In this document: one piece after another, positions 1 to 12,849 of the stretch | Numbering within the stretch: the stretch's first letter is position 1 | Layout: every line of letters begins with the position of its first letter | DNA from: Octopus sinensis | Lineage: Eukaryota | Direction: 5' to 3' | Length of the DNA stretch: 64,000 bases | Assembly (NCBI RefSeq): GCF_006345805.1 | Contig: NC_043011.1 | Location: forward strand, 15,078,464 to 15,142,463 | Translations under genes and position numbers: made by a program | The notes under the pieces: model-generated | What the model was told of the DNA's origin: nothing | The model's input: only the letters and a program-made list of their open reading frames with translations | Database searches by the model: none

Positions 1-1435
1 CACACCTATGCATGTATGCAAGCATAGATTTTTAATATGCATCTGATGATCCGTATGATTTGACTTATGCATGTGTACACATCCATATACTTTAAGTCTA
101 CACCTGTGGTATATGCACTTAATATATGCCAGAACTCTGGTTGTGCCTTTCGCACTCAGGCTTTTTGAAGTACATTGATAGACCTTGTGATATACTGTTA
201 TAAACTTTCTAGTAGTTGATCCACAATATAGCTTGCGCTTCTTAGTTTACCTTTCTATTCCTTCACCCTTGCTTTTGTTTTAGATTAGTAGCTGGTCTGT
301 ACAAGTATATACTTATTTCTGATTCTCAGGTATCATAATGTGACGGGTCATTCGTAAGTTTCGGAGATAAACAATTACTTCTTTGATAAATATTATAAGT
401 ATGTTTGATAACAAAATAACTGAATAATAATTATTTAGTTATCATGAAAGTAGTTGAGTATTGCACATGCATGTCTATCCTTTTCTTAATTGATAAGCCG
501 ACCCAGACCCACACAATTTCTGATTCGTATAATCTACCCGAAGAGCTTCAACATAGTTTCTATCTATACAGTTTTTATTTTCCATTAAAAAGCGTAGGTT
601 TAATCGAAGCTTTGGCAAAAGACAATCGCTCAAGAAGCCATGCAGGACATCGAACCCAGGATCTTATGTTTGCGAAACGAAGTCCATCATTCGGTTAACC
701 TGCGTTCTTATAATGCTATTGGGAGAATGCTTTTGTTATTTCTTTCAATGAGAAATAAAGAATAGATTTCCAGACTTGGGATCGTCTATCATATCGCTAG
801 TGTTGTTTCCATTCATAGTTACGAATTCTCAGAAATAAATGGTGGGATTCTTGAATAAATACCCCAGGTGTTCCTGGGGATTATCTCATATTTATTCGGA
901 ATGTTGGACTTCTAATTTTCTCTCCATATACATTTCCATCAGCTTCTCACTGGTTCCTTTAATAGGTGTCGTTTACAGAGAATGTGTATTATATAATAAA
1001 AGAATTTAGGATAGCTGGCAAAAAGTCTATTCGGCATTTCGCATTTATAACACACACACACACACACACAATTAGCCGGCTCTAATTTGTTGTGTGAACC
1101 AACAAAATTTTGAGTTTAAAATTTTTAATTTTTTCCTTCAAGTTACTTTTCCAGTAACTCTTCGAATATTTCTGGTTCTTCTTGAAATTATTTCAAGCGT
1201 TACGCTGCGTAATTACGAAACACTGAGGAATGCTTAACACACCGCCACGCACATACACCCCATCCCACACTCCACACGCATATACATATATGTAAGATAT
1301 ATATACACACACACATATATATGAATGTACGATGAATGTACGTATATATGCATATATGTGCATATATACACACACCTATAGGGAGAGTTAGTGATGCAGA
1401 TAAACACGATAAGACTATATATATATATATATATA

Positions 1436-1662
1436 TGACCGTTTCAGGCGGCACCATTTAATTAAAAAATGCAATCATTATATGAATTTAAATGCACGGC
1501 TATCCTCAGCTGCATAAATAAATAGAAATTTTTTAATCAGTTGGACACGTTGATATAATTTTACTAAAATTCTCTAATATTCGAGCAGCTGAGGATAGCC
1601 CTGCATTTAAATTGATGTAATGATTGCATTGTTCAATTAAATGGAGTCGCTTGAAACGGCCG
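1436..1662. mobile_element. MITE (227 bp) with ~78-bp terminal inverted repeats, TA-flanked (Tc1/mariner-type non-autonomous element)
   Basis: 1436-1513 (tgaccgtttcaggcggcaccatttaatt...ctatcctcagctgc) is the imperfect reverse complement of 1585-1662; TA at 1434-1435 and 1663-1664. Confidence 0.75.
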
Positions 1663-1796
1663 TACTGCATTACCTCTTGATATGCTATTGTTTATTTTGA
1701 TTTTATTCACATTAGTTTGAGTTCTATGGAAAATACCACACTGATTTGGTGCTTTAACTTAAGTACCTAATTCAACTAAATCTCAATTATCTCTAT

Positions 1797-1830
1797 ATAT
1801 ACATACATACATACATACATAATATATACA

Positions 1831-1887
<57 letters not shown>

Positions 1888-1939
1888 TGTATGTATGTAT
1901 GTATGTATCTATCTATCTATCTATCAATCTATATATATA

Positions 1940-1979
<40 letters not shown>

Positions 1980-1985
1980 TACATA
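1797..1985. repeat. Compound microsatellite (ACAT)n/(AT)n/(GTAT)n/(ATCT)n
   Basis: Direct reading. Confidence 0.95.
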
Positions 1986-2009
1986 CATATGTGTATATAC
2001 GACGTATGC

Positions 2010-2200
2010 TGATAGGATTCTGCAAATTCTTGCTGAAAAACCATGTAGTTTATTTGTTTATAGTGATCAAGTGTTTGTGTTCACATAAGCGGAATCTCTC
2101 CATTCAATCTACACCACCTGAACTGGTGCACGACGCGTCTCATGTCAGATGACGAATTGGTTGCAAGAACTCAACGCAAGATCCGGTCTGGGAATTGAAA
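2010..2200 (-). mobile_element. Decayed tRNA-headed SINE (family C variant, tail T3)
   Basis: Co-linear with 43735-44007 (gctgaaaaacca...gtttatagtgatcaa.tgtttgtgttcacataagc); ends in head remnant ctgggaattgaaacc...ccctaaccac. Confidence 0.6.
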
Positions 2201-2954
2201 CCACTATATCGCAATCGTGACAAGAACACCCTAACCACCAAACCATGCACTTTCACTCACATATACACACTCTCAAACATACATACACACAGAACAGAAC
2301 AGACCCTCACGCACACACACACACACACACAGCACACGCGCATACACACACATACACACACGTTTCTTGTATGTTGATTATGTAGTTTCATCTCCTGGCA
2401 ATAAGTTAGCATTATGTTTGAAGTCACATACATCAGGACAGTTAGAGATTCGTATATTGTTTTAACCCTTTTGCGTGGGTACCATTTAGGTAATTTCCTG
2501 CTATTTCGTTTACTACATTAAATTCGAGGAGGAAGGCGCTTATGTTATTAGTCGATTTGAATGAACTGTCTTTGAAGTCAACATGTTTCTACTTGTTGCA
2601 TCATAACACTTTTAAGATGTGAGAAAGACTTCGGTATTCATCTTTTTGTTCAAAGAAAGTTTGAATTTGTGGCGAATTGTCGTTGACCACATAAGAACGC
2701 ATCGGTTGCATTTTATTACGCTTGGTACATAAATTTATATTATAGTAGCATATATCTCTTATTGGCAATTTGCTTACGACTACTTAAGTTCGTTGGTTTC
2801 GAAATTTCCTGATAAATGTATCATTTTACATTTGATAATTTTGTTACATAAGGGACTACGGCTTAAATTTAATTCTAGATATTTCATATTCCACAGTCTT
2901 CATAAAACTAAAATATTTAGGCTAGCATTGCGTATATAATAAAAATAAATACGC

Positions 2955-3197
2955 TCTTTTAAAGCCTAGCCAGGCTCATGGGCCCGGTCCCTCGGTTTCC
3001 ATGGCATATGTGCTCCCCAGCTGGATGGGACGCCAGTCCATTGCAGCGTTGCTTATTTTTGCCAGCTGAGTGGACTGGAGCAACGTGAAATGAAGTGTTT
3101 TGCTCAAGAACACAATGCGTCGCTCGGTCCAGGAATCGAAACCACAATCTTACGATCATGATGCTGACACCCTAACCACTAAGCCACGCGCCTCCAC
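2955..3197 (-). mobile_element. tRNA-derived SINE, family C (CORE-like body, tail T2)
   Basis: Minus strand starts gtggaggcgcgtggcttagtggttaggg (A box) ... gtttcgattcc (B box); body tgtgttcttgagcaaaacacttcatttcacgttgctccagtccactcagc. Confidence 0.85.
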
Positions 3198-3528
3198 AAC
3201 ATTGTGTATATGCCATATATAATTTTTCATTGAGGCAGTAAATCCTTTGAACACTCTAGTTATAATCACGATTTTGAGCAAATGGTCATACATTTAGCCA
3301 TGATAGTTTTGTTCACATGTTAATTCATGTTTAATTACTTCAATACGACCAAATTTTAGTCTACAGTCAAAGTTTAATTCTACAATTGCATGTGAATGTA
3401 CATACTTCAATATAATGGAACATATGATGAGTGCGTGGTCTGACATGTTTAACTTATTTGTATAGCTATAGATGTTACATTATATACATATTGTGATTAG
3501 ATAGTTTCATAGAAATGTATATATATAT

Positions 3529-4359
3529 GTTGCTGTTGGCATCCTTTTTGTCTCGGGAGATAATAGAGTTGCGCATAAAATAATCTAGTCCGGCTTTTAC
3601 ATTTCATGTCCTAATACATCTCCTGCTGTGGTTGTGTAGTCCTATCCTGGACAAACACTCCCTCTGGCAGGCGCCGCAAATATAGCTAAAACTTTGCCTG
3701 GCTGGTTGTAATGTCATAGTTTCTTGTTGACGTCTTTTATTGTCTTTCCATTTCTCCTCTCTCCTTCAGTCACTCCTTTGTGTTCCCTCTTTTACGTTAC
3801 GTCGCCTATCTCCACAGTTGCTGGCAACTGCTTCCCAGTTGGTAATATTGATGTTGCAGGCATTCACGTCCCTTTTGCAAACATCCTTGTCTCGTAAGAA
3901 CGGTCTTCCCACAGACCTATTACCCCTAGCAAGCTCTCTGTAGAGTATGTCCTTGGGGATTCTGCCATCTTCCATACGGCTAACATGTCCAATCCATCTC
4001 ATACGTCTTTGTGTGAGGAGTGCAAACATGCTTGGTATTCCTTCTTGCTTGAGGACATCTTTGTTGGGGACATGATTCTGCCATTTGATGCGAAGGATTT
4101 TCCGGATGCAGCGCAGGTGAAAGATATTTAGGCGACGCTCTTGGCGTGTGTATGGCGTCCAAGTCTCACTTCCATACAGTAGAGTGCTAAGTACATATGC
4201 CTGGTAAATCTTCATTTTTGTGGTCTTGATCAGCTTATTGTTGTCCCATGCTCGTTTGGAGTGTTGGGCCATCATAGCAGCTGCCTTGCTAATGCGTATA
4301 TTGAGCTCAGCATCAAGGGATAGGTTGTAGGTGACGGTAGAGCGAAGACAGGTAAACTT
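3529..4359 (-). mobile_element. RTE-clade LINE, 5'-truncated (RT C-terminal region and 3' end)
   Basis: ORF 3766-4275: KIYQAYVLSTLLYGSETWT...RRMRWIGHVSRMEDGRIPKDILY; downstream CGACQRECLSRIGLHNHSRRC motif; both ends abut (TA)n. Confidence 0.9.
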
Positions 4360-4599
4360 CTATATAAATATATATATATATATATATAATTGCTTTTATA
4401 TAAGCTGTACTTAGAAATATTCGAATACTGAACTAGCCTACATACATACATACATACATACATACATACATACATACATACATACATACATACATACATA
4501 CGCACATATATACGTATATTCATACATGCGTACATACATACATTCGTACATACATATATGCATGGGTTGGTAGTTTACAGCTGGTACAGATCTCTCACC

Positions 4600-5315
4600 A
4601 ATAAGGAGCGTGGGTAAAATTTATCTTTTAGGAGTACAGAATTCAAAAATGGACCAGTTCACTGAGAAGCGGTACATGTGTACTTGGCATATACAACACA
4701 AACCGTAGAACTTGACATCAAAGGCTACCTCTATGCAATTCAAGAACAACAGATCCCAACCCTGTAACTGCAGCTGAAAGGTCAGAAAATGTTGACAGAC
4801 AACAAATGCATGTTGTGCAAGACCAAGACAGAAGATATAGACCACATTATTGCCAACTGCGAGAGAATGCCTTCCAGATATTATCTTCTCATGAAGCGTG
4901 ATGCAATGGCCATAACTATCTGGAACAGGATAACAAAAATGAAAACACCTACGAACGAAGTTGACGATGTTGAAACCAAGTTAAAACGCACTCTGTCTAG
5001 TATTGTTGTGTGGGGCAAGGAAATGTTATGTTCTGCTGTGGAAATCAGCTGCCCTCTGGATACCAATGTGGTTACGAAATTACAAGAGAAAGAGGACATC
5101 GGGACATTGATAAGGAGTTTGCTAATCCACTACCACCCAAAATAGACTTTTATTACAGGAGCAACGGGATACGTATCAGCTCGTCTGGAGCAAAGTATGT
5201 CTAAACTTGGGATCTTGGGGCGACAAGGAATACCCTTAATTCATGCACTAAACATGATCACGATGTCTGGGACTACAAACATCTGCAAGACCTGCTTACG
5301 ACTTAAAGGATGATA
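4600..5315 (+). mobile_element. Decayed R4/Dong-like non-LTR retrotransposon fragment (CCHC finger plus restriction-like endonuclease)
   Basis: CMLCKTKTEDIDHIIANC...RYYL..RD and VEISCPLDTNVVTKLQEKE, broken by frameshifts. Confidence 0.7.
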
Positions 5316-5444
5316 ACTAAAACAAGATGCTTTCATTCAGAACTTTGTTACCAAGTAGGTGGCTGATCAAAATTTATTCTAAATTAAGAAAGGACAGAAA
5401 ACATGTATATCTCTGCACGTACACACACACACCACACACACACA

Positions 5445-5476
<32 letters not shown>

Positions 5477-6268
5477 TACACACACACACACATACACACA
5501 CACATACACACACACACATACACACACACAATGTACAGTTCCGTGATGGTAAGATCAACAAAAAACAGTACTCTATTTGGTGAGAGATAAATATTATCTT
5601 ATATACACAAAACATGGTTTTATGTGCTACTGATAGTTTCATACCTCAAAAATATTCATCAGGCACAAACCACATAGCATAATAAACTACAAATTGAATA
5701 AGAGTGGAAACGCGATGAGTTGAGAAGGAAGCATATAGAAAACGTGGAAGGTTAAAAAACGGAAAACGAAAAACTGCAAGTGAAAAAGTAAAAAGTGAAA
5801 AGTAAAAAAGGTAAAAGGCTTGAAAGCTATCAATAAATTAATCAGGGATTGGCAGAATTTTCCATTTCTTCAAAATGTACTTAGACATATGTTTACAACC
5901 ACTGAAAATTTCGGACCTAGTGCTCAGAACTGAGTTAAGAATCTTAGATCTGAAAAGCATCTGAGCTCTTTCAGCTAAGTATAGCTTACATTTATTTGAT
6001 CCATTAACATAAGGTATGGATATTTTAATAATTTCCACTTAATCATATGAGGTTTTGCGTTAGATTTCAAACTTCACACATGGTTAACGTTTGACCTTAT
6101 GTCGGAAGGAGGGTATGTGATTGGCATAGCGATTTTTAAATCCTACTTCACTTAATCCAATATAGGTTTTGTTATCTGTTGTATCATCTTCTAGCGCTGC
6201 TGTAACTTCTGCCTCATGTATGACAGATTAACCATATATATATATTAATATATATATATATATATATA

Positions 6269-6310
<42 letters not shown>

Positions 6311-6331
6311 CATATATATATATATATATTT

Positions 6332-6381
<50 letters not shown>

Positions 6382-6797
6382 ATTTAAGATTAGGTAGGGT
6401 ATATAATACCAATTTCTAAAATATATATCTGTGTGTGTGTGTGTGTGTGTCTATATATGTATTTATCATGGCATCGAGTTAATGACCAGATTATATGATG
6501 CTGTTATACAATTTTCAGCTTTGGGTTGATGCTATCCCACTGGATAGGCAAGAAGGCTAATATATGGATATGCACACACACACACACACACACATGTACA
6601 CACACATATATATATATGTATGTATATATGTATATACATTTAAATATATAGGATATCTCTAACTTACACATAACTGATTTCGTCCATTCTGTTTGTGGAC
6701 ATTTCAAATAAAAATAGTTAAAGTGGTTGGAATACATAAGGCTGAAAGTGTGTTGCTAGACAGAGAAGTAGAGTATCATGTCACACGACAATATATA

Positions 6798-7560
6798 CAA
6801 GACCTGTATTAACAGAAACCGAACTCTAAAACACCTTGTTTACCCAGAAGACTCTTCATTATTGCGGAACCTAGACATGCCAAAGTAAGCTTATGTTTAG
6901 TACAGCTGAGAATTTGTCGCAAGTTACTTGTACTTGTGGCGACATTCACCCTGGGCGGGTTGAGTCGGCTTCTTCTATCACCCTCGAGGCATCTCGAACC
7001 ATGGCAGCCCACGCATGACTGTCCTGCGCCAGTTCACTGGAGATAGCGAGCCAGTCACGGTTCCATCGGCACAGGCCGACCACCTGCGGACCCGTGAGCA
7101 CGGAGAGGTCCTTCTTGATCGTCGTAGCCCAGGTCTTCAGCTGCCCGCCCGCGCGTCTCCGCCAGTTGGGAAGTGGAGTTGGGGGAAGGACATCACGGCT
7201 CAGTTCACCCACGGGACGCCTATATGCATGGCCAAACCACCGCAAGCACCGTTGCAGAAGGACAGATGGAAGGGGCCGCAGAGACAGGCGAAGTCGGAGA
7301 TTGGTGGTGGGAACGTCGCAAGTTCAATATGAAGGATAAAGAAGAGCAACGTGCTTTTGTGAATTTTTTTTTCAAACTAGAAGAAAATTTTACGGAAACT
7401 TTTCTAATGTTGGGAGAAGCCCAAGGGAACAATTGTTGGAGCACTACACAATATCATGTGAAGTACCGATGTTACAAATTGAAATGAATATTTACTGAAG
7501 GCAATCCGAAATGTAGACGACTTTTCACAACAAAGGATGAGAGTCACATTATGATAATGT
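6798..7560 (+). mobile_element. Mariner-like transposon relic (5' end and N-terminal HTH), interrupted by an RTE insertion
   Basis: After 7324: MKDKEEQRAFVNFFFKLEENFTETFLMLGEAQGNNCWSTTQ resembles the mariner N-terminus; the left boundary is approximate. Confidence 0.55.
6926..7314 (-). mobile_element. RTE-clade LINE 3' fragment with 10-bp target-site duplication
   Basis: RWFGHAYRRPVGELSRDVLPPTPLPNWRRRAGGQLKTWATTIKKDL; tail caagtacaagta; GTCGCAAGTT at 6916-6925 and 7315-7324. Confidence 0.88.
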
Positions 7561-8400
7561 GGAGTATTAGAATTCAGAAGACAAGGAAACACAATAAGTA
7601 TTGAAAAGTGAACTAGTCTCATATTTTAACCGCTCCGCTACTTCACCGCCCTTTGTATTCTTCCAGCATAGCAAATCTAAATACAAATAGAATTATAACA
7701 ACATTCCTTTTGTTGCCACAATGTTTTTAGTTTAACAGGCAGGTCCATGTAATTTGTTTGCTTTTCAACTCGCTTTTGCACAGAATTAGTATCAATTAGT
7801 ATTACTATTTATATAACAAGTACGCTTTGGTTATTATTATTATGGAAAATAATGTGAAGTTTATTAAGTGCTGTTCGGTGGTCTGTCTGCATGCTAAAAT
7901 CACGTAGTCTTTTCGCTCGTCGTTTTCTATGTGCTCCATTACTGATTCTTCAAGTATATTCTGTCGGAGCAAGTTTTACCCTTTAGCATTAAAAACAACC
8001 ATAACTGGCCCAAATATTCTACCTTTCCTATGTTCAAAGTAGTCAGATCTGGTTTCTTGCGCCTACTTAATAATTTCTTTCTAAAAATAAATATTTCATC
8101 ACCAAAATCTCAAGCTCTGAAATAATGTATGATTAATTTAAAACAATGCGAATAACTAAGTATTACAGTTGATAGAGTAATGTGAATGTTAAAGCTTAAA
8201 ACTCTTTGATATAACGCAAGCAATGCATTGTATGAAAACAACACTGCCCAGGTAACTTTTGTCTTCTCTCTGATAGGAACTTGTTTAGTGTTGGTAGTCC
8301 ACTCATGAAGGGCCAATATTGTGATTCTCATTTTATGATAATCAAAACTACAGTTAGTTTTTTTTCCCTCGTTCGCAACTAATACCATTAAAAAAACAAC

Positions 8401-8485
8401 CCCCTTTTTTTTTATCCCCCAAAGAAAAGCTCTACCTTGTAATTTGTCCCGTCTGTGTGCAGCCCTGTGTGGCTAATAAAGAAAC
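8401..8485 (+). mobile_element. Isolated 3' tail of the Tx1-like LINE
   Basis: Near-identical to 24225-24294 (ccccaaagaaaagctctaccttgtaa.ttgtccc.tctgtgtgcag.cctgt.tggc.aataaagaaac). Confidence 0.75.
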
Positions 8486-9244
8486 ATATTATTTGTTGCT
8501 ACTGACTTATGCCTACATTTTATATTGGGAGAATTTTGTTGCGCAGTAATAATTGATTTGCTGTTGCTTGTGCGATCCCGATCAAGGAGGGTAAGGTAGG
8601 AGGCTATCTTTGTGTTAATTGGAAAGATTGTTAGCAGCATTACTAATGGGTCTTAAATAATCATTGACATTCAATAATCTCATACCACCTTTTCATGTAC
8701 AATTAGGTGTCAGACAAATTGTATATGGGTGGGGATTTGGTGCTAGGCTTCTCGTATTACGGTTAATAAAATCTAATTCTGTTCGTTCCTGTTCACAGAG
8801 CCATATTTTATGGCTGCAACTACAAAAGCGTTAATAGCAGGTATCGGATTCCTGATATTTAAATTTTATAGTTTATTTCTAACAGTTTATTTTCGTTTAT
8901 GCCCGAGAATTAAAAAGAAATTGCCCAGCTCTTGTACCATCATAATGTCTGACTAACTGCGTTCATTTATTCATGTTGATGCTACACTGTTTGTTCTTAA
9001 CATCGTTGTTGTTATATGGGGTGGTATCTTGGAATATTCGATTGAGAGATGGAGAACAAAATGATCATGTAGTATTCAGGATACGTTTCTTTATATCTAA
9101 GTTTTAACTGTACAACCTTTATTCATTCAGAATAGACAAAAAAAAACCAAAAAACAAAAACAACGGGTAAAATATTGATTATCTCAACTAAACCTTCTCC
9201 CTATATTTATGGTGTTGAGCCCATGCTACAATTATATTTATTAC

Positions 9245-9354
9245 CTTCGGCACCATCAAGCAATATTCATTTTTAGCAAACATAAAATTATTCTCTTCAC
9301 TATCTCCCTCCTCCTCCATCCCCACCTCCTTCTCCTCCTCCTCCTCCTCCTCAT
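9245..9354 (-). CDS. Candidate exon (110 nt), acidic peptide DEEEEEEEKEVGMEEEGDSEENNFMFAKNEYCLMVPK; product unknown
   Basis: Acceptor gttcttctggtttaaacag, donor AAG|gtaata; a 90-nt GT-AG intron with tgctaat branch-like motif (9355-9444) lies upstream; no recognisable homology. Confidence 0.3.
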
Positions 9355-9927
9355 CTGTTTAAACCAGAAGAACATATAGTCCTATTGGCAACATGTTACC
9401 CTCATTAGCATTTATTTCTTTAATATACAGTTTATAGAAATTACCTGGTTGTGTGGAAGTATTGATTTGATTCGCATCAAATTCCTACACATTCGTTCAG
9501 TTCGTTGAATTCCCCCCTGTAAACAATTGTGATTAATTCCATAAGATCCGTCTGAAAGACGTCTACCCATTGTTACTGTTCGAGAAAAATAGAAATACAC
9601 ACGTGTCGTTTCAACACTGACATGCTTTCAACTACTCTCGCAGCTTTTATATAGAGAGAAACTTTCTGTATTAAATGCTAAAACCTATCACGACTGAAAT
9701 TTGCTTCAGACATATTTGTATATTGTTTCCATGCACGTTTACGTATATTTCTACGCATAGTTGTCATTTATTGATCATCCTGAACACCATGAAACGGTAA
9801 TGTATGCAGCTAAGTAATTCAGTAGTGACACACAAACACCCCACACACACGCACACACACACATACACGCACACATGCATAAAACTTACATACACATATG
9901 CATGCGCAATTACACACATACGCACAC

Positions 9928-10402
<475 letters not shown>

Positions 10403-11187
10403 AGTATAGTTGTTTATATGTAGTATAGTTTATATAACAAGTCGTATTAGAAGTATTCTGTGAATTAAAAAAATGTCACGGCAAATATTTATCGATTGGT
10501 AAAAAAAAGTCTGAAGAGCGCCAGGACAAAGCGCGTTTGAGAAATAAAGCAACTGTCTTACCCATAGGTCTCTTTCGGCAATCAATGTCGACATCCTGAT
10601 TCCAAATCTTATTTTAACTCTCTTTTTTCAATTTTTTGCTGTCTTATGCTTAGAGGCACCAAACCCAAAATATTGATACAGTGGAACGTCACCTGTTGCC
10701 AAGAGAATGGAAAAATTTCTGCATTGTTGATGACTTCTTTGTACTAGTTTTTATTCATATTCACACAATGGTTCTGATAAGTTTTCTGGAAATCAGACAA
10801 AATACAAGGAAAGCGCTCTTTTGCAGCACCGAGAGAAAATAATTATTTGCTTCTTAGGCCATGGATGAGGTTGAATTAAATTTTGTATCTAAAACAGAAT
10901 TATCATGGAAATATTTGTGGCGGGTGACGGTTAACTGTTGATTAATCAGTGATAAGTTTAGGACAGGTAGTTTTCATATCTTCAATATGTTTTGTCGTTG
11001 TTTTTCGTTTGACCTGGCTGTCCATCAACAAACATGTAAACTGTAACAAGATGGATTTAATCATGTGAATATGAAACGATACACGTTATATTTTATAAAC
11101 TAAGATATTGCCGTACCGTCTGAGAAATATTACTTAAAGTTTTTATTTGAAAAAACAGAAAACTTCGTAAAAAGGACGAAATATATT

Positions 11188-11359
11188 TTTTTACTACCCA
11201 CAAGGGGCTAAACACAGAATGGACAAATAAGGACAGACAAAGGGATTAAGTCGATTACATCGACCTCAGTGCGTAACTGGTACTTAATTTATCGACCCCG
11301 AAAGGATGAAAGGCAAAGTCGACCTCGGCGGAATTTGAACTCGGAACGTAAAGGACGAA
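11188..11359 (-). mobile_element. SINE family A1, 5'-truncated
   Basis: Reverse complement of the A body (gaggtcgactttgcctttcatcctttcggggtcgataaattaagtaccag) and A1 tail (tttagccccttgtgggtagtaaa). Confidence 0.85.
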
Positions 11360-11741
11360 CTAGAAATGATACGTCTTTGATAATGGCACACGTGCTTCAG
11401 ATAGTGTCGATAAATATGTCTTTAAGTCATGCAAAAGCCTACCTAAACATCCCAAATTAGTTGAAAAATATTTATTTAACCTCTTATGAAATATTGCATT
11501 CCCGAAATTTAACAGCAAAATTCCGTAACCGTCCAAAGAAACATTTAATTTTTCTTTAGTTAATCACAAGATTTCTGTTTATTCTCATCAAGTAAATATT
11601 TTCTATAAAAGAAACAAAAATATTTATAAAATATACCATAGTCAGTACATTCAAAATATCTCGTGTTAGTTTTTATAAATCTTTTTACTAGAACCTATAG
11701 AGATTAAATACTCACTGGTCCCTTTCATATCGCGCCTAGTA

Positions 11742-12060
11742 AAGGTGCGTGGTTTAGTGGTTAGAATATTTGGCACGCACACGGAAAGCTGCCAGTCCGA
11801 TTGCCGGCGGCACGTTGTATCCTTGAGCAAGACACTTTATTTCACGTTGCTCCAGTCCACTCATCTGGCAAAAATGAGTAGTACCTGTATTTCAATAGGC
11901 CAGCCGTGTCACATTCTGTGTCACATTGAATCTTCCTGAGAACTATGTTAAAGGTATGCATGTTTGGAGTGCTCAGCCACTTTCACGTTAATTTCACGTG
12001 CAGGGTGTTCCGTTGATCGGATCAACTGGTGCCTTCGTCGTCGAAACCGATCGAGTGCCA
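11742..12060 (+). mobile_element. tRNA-derived SINE, family C (CORE-like body, tail T1)
   Basis: ggtgcgtggtttagtggttag head; ccttgagcaagacactttatttcacgttgctccagtccactc body; tail shared with 34847-35060. Confidence 0.8.
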
Positions 12061-12849
12061 TTTTTAAAACAAATCACACCTATGAATTATATGAATAATT
12101 TCATTTTAAGTGTAGATTAATCGAGTGATTCTCAGATCATCGTTTTCCAGATTCCTGCAAATAACACCAGAGAAATTCTTTTACTTCTCATAAGTTAGAA
12201 CAAGGTTAGACCTTACTGATTTTACAAGACATGGTAATCTATCGGCGTTATTGACTCTGAATTGATCAAACCCGCAAAAACAGATGTAGATATACTTATC
12301 AAGAAAATCTTATTTTAACGTTAGAAAAAAAACACTAGTTATGGAATAAGAGATTTTCAGATATTTAAAGCTTCGTAATGTGGACTTCTATCCTTGTTTC
12401 ACTAAATTGTAACTGCTACAAATTTTATCATTTGCCAATAAAACTTTTCCATTAACAAAGCAGATGTTATTTTATTCTGAACTATAAGTTGTCTCTATTA
12501 TTTTTAGAGAAGACAACCTAGGGAAAAAGGATATAAAGAATTCGTCTGTTGTCGCTATGGGTAATTTCCATGTTACAGAGGTATGAGAAATCCAATTTAC
12601 GTGTTTTAAATTTGTTGCACGCAAGGTTCCCAATATTGGACGGTGTGTTATTGTGACGACCGACTTGGACAAAATATAGTTTAATCTAAAATGATGTTAT
12701 TTCACTGTTGAGGGAATTAGAATTTAAAATCGGCGTTGAGAGTAAACTTTTCTGGACAACATTATACGTAAACGAATACATCCTTCCCTCACCATAAACG
12801 AATGCATCCTTCCCTCACCATAAACGCAATGAAAGGTTACTTCATGAAA

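Noticed and set aside
2462-2480. piggyBac terminus ttaaccctttt (also a similar motif near 7978)
   Set aside because: No matching opposite terminus or TTAA TSD identified.
12769-12826. 26-bp tandem duplication
   Set aside because: Real but ordinary local slippage.
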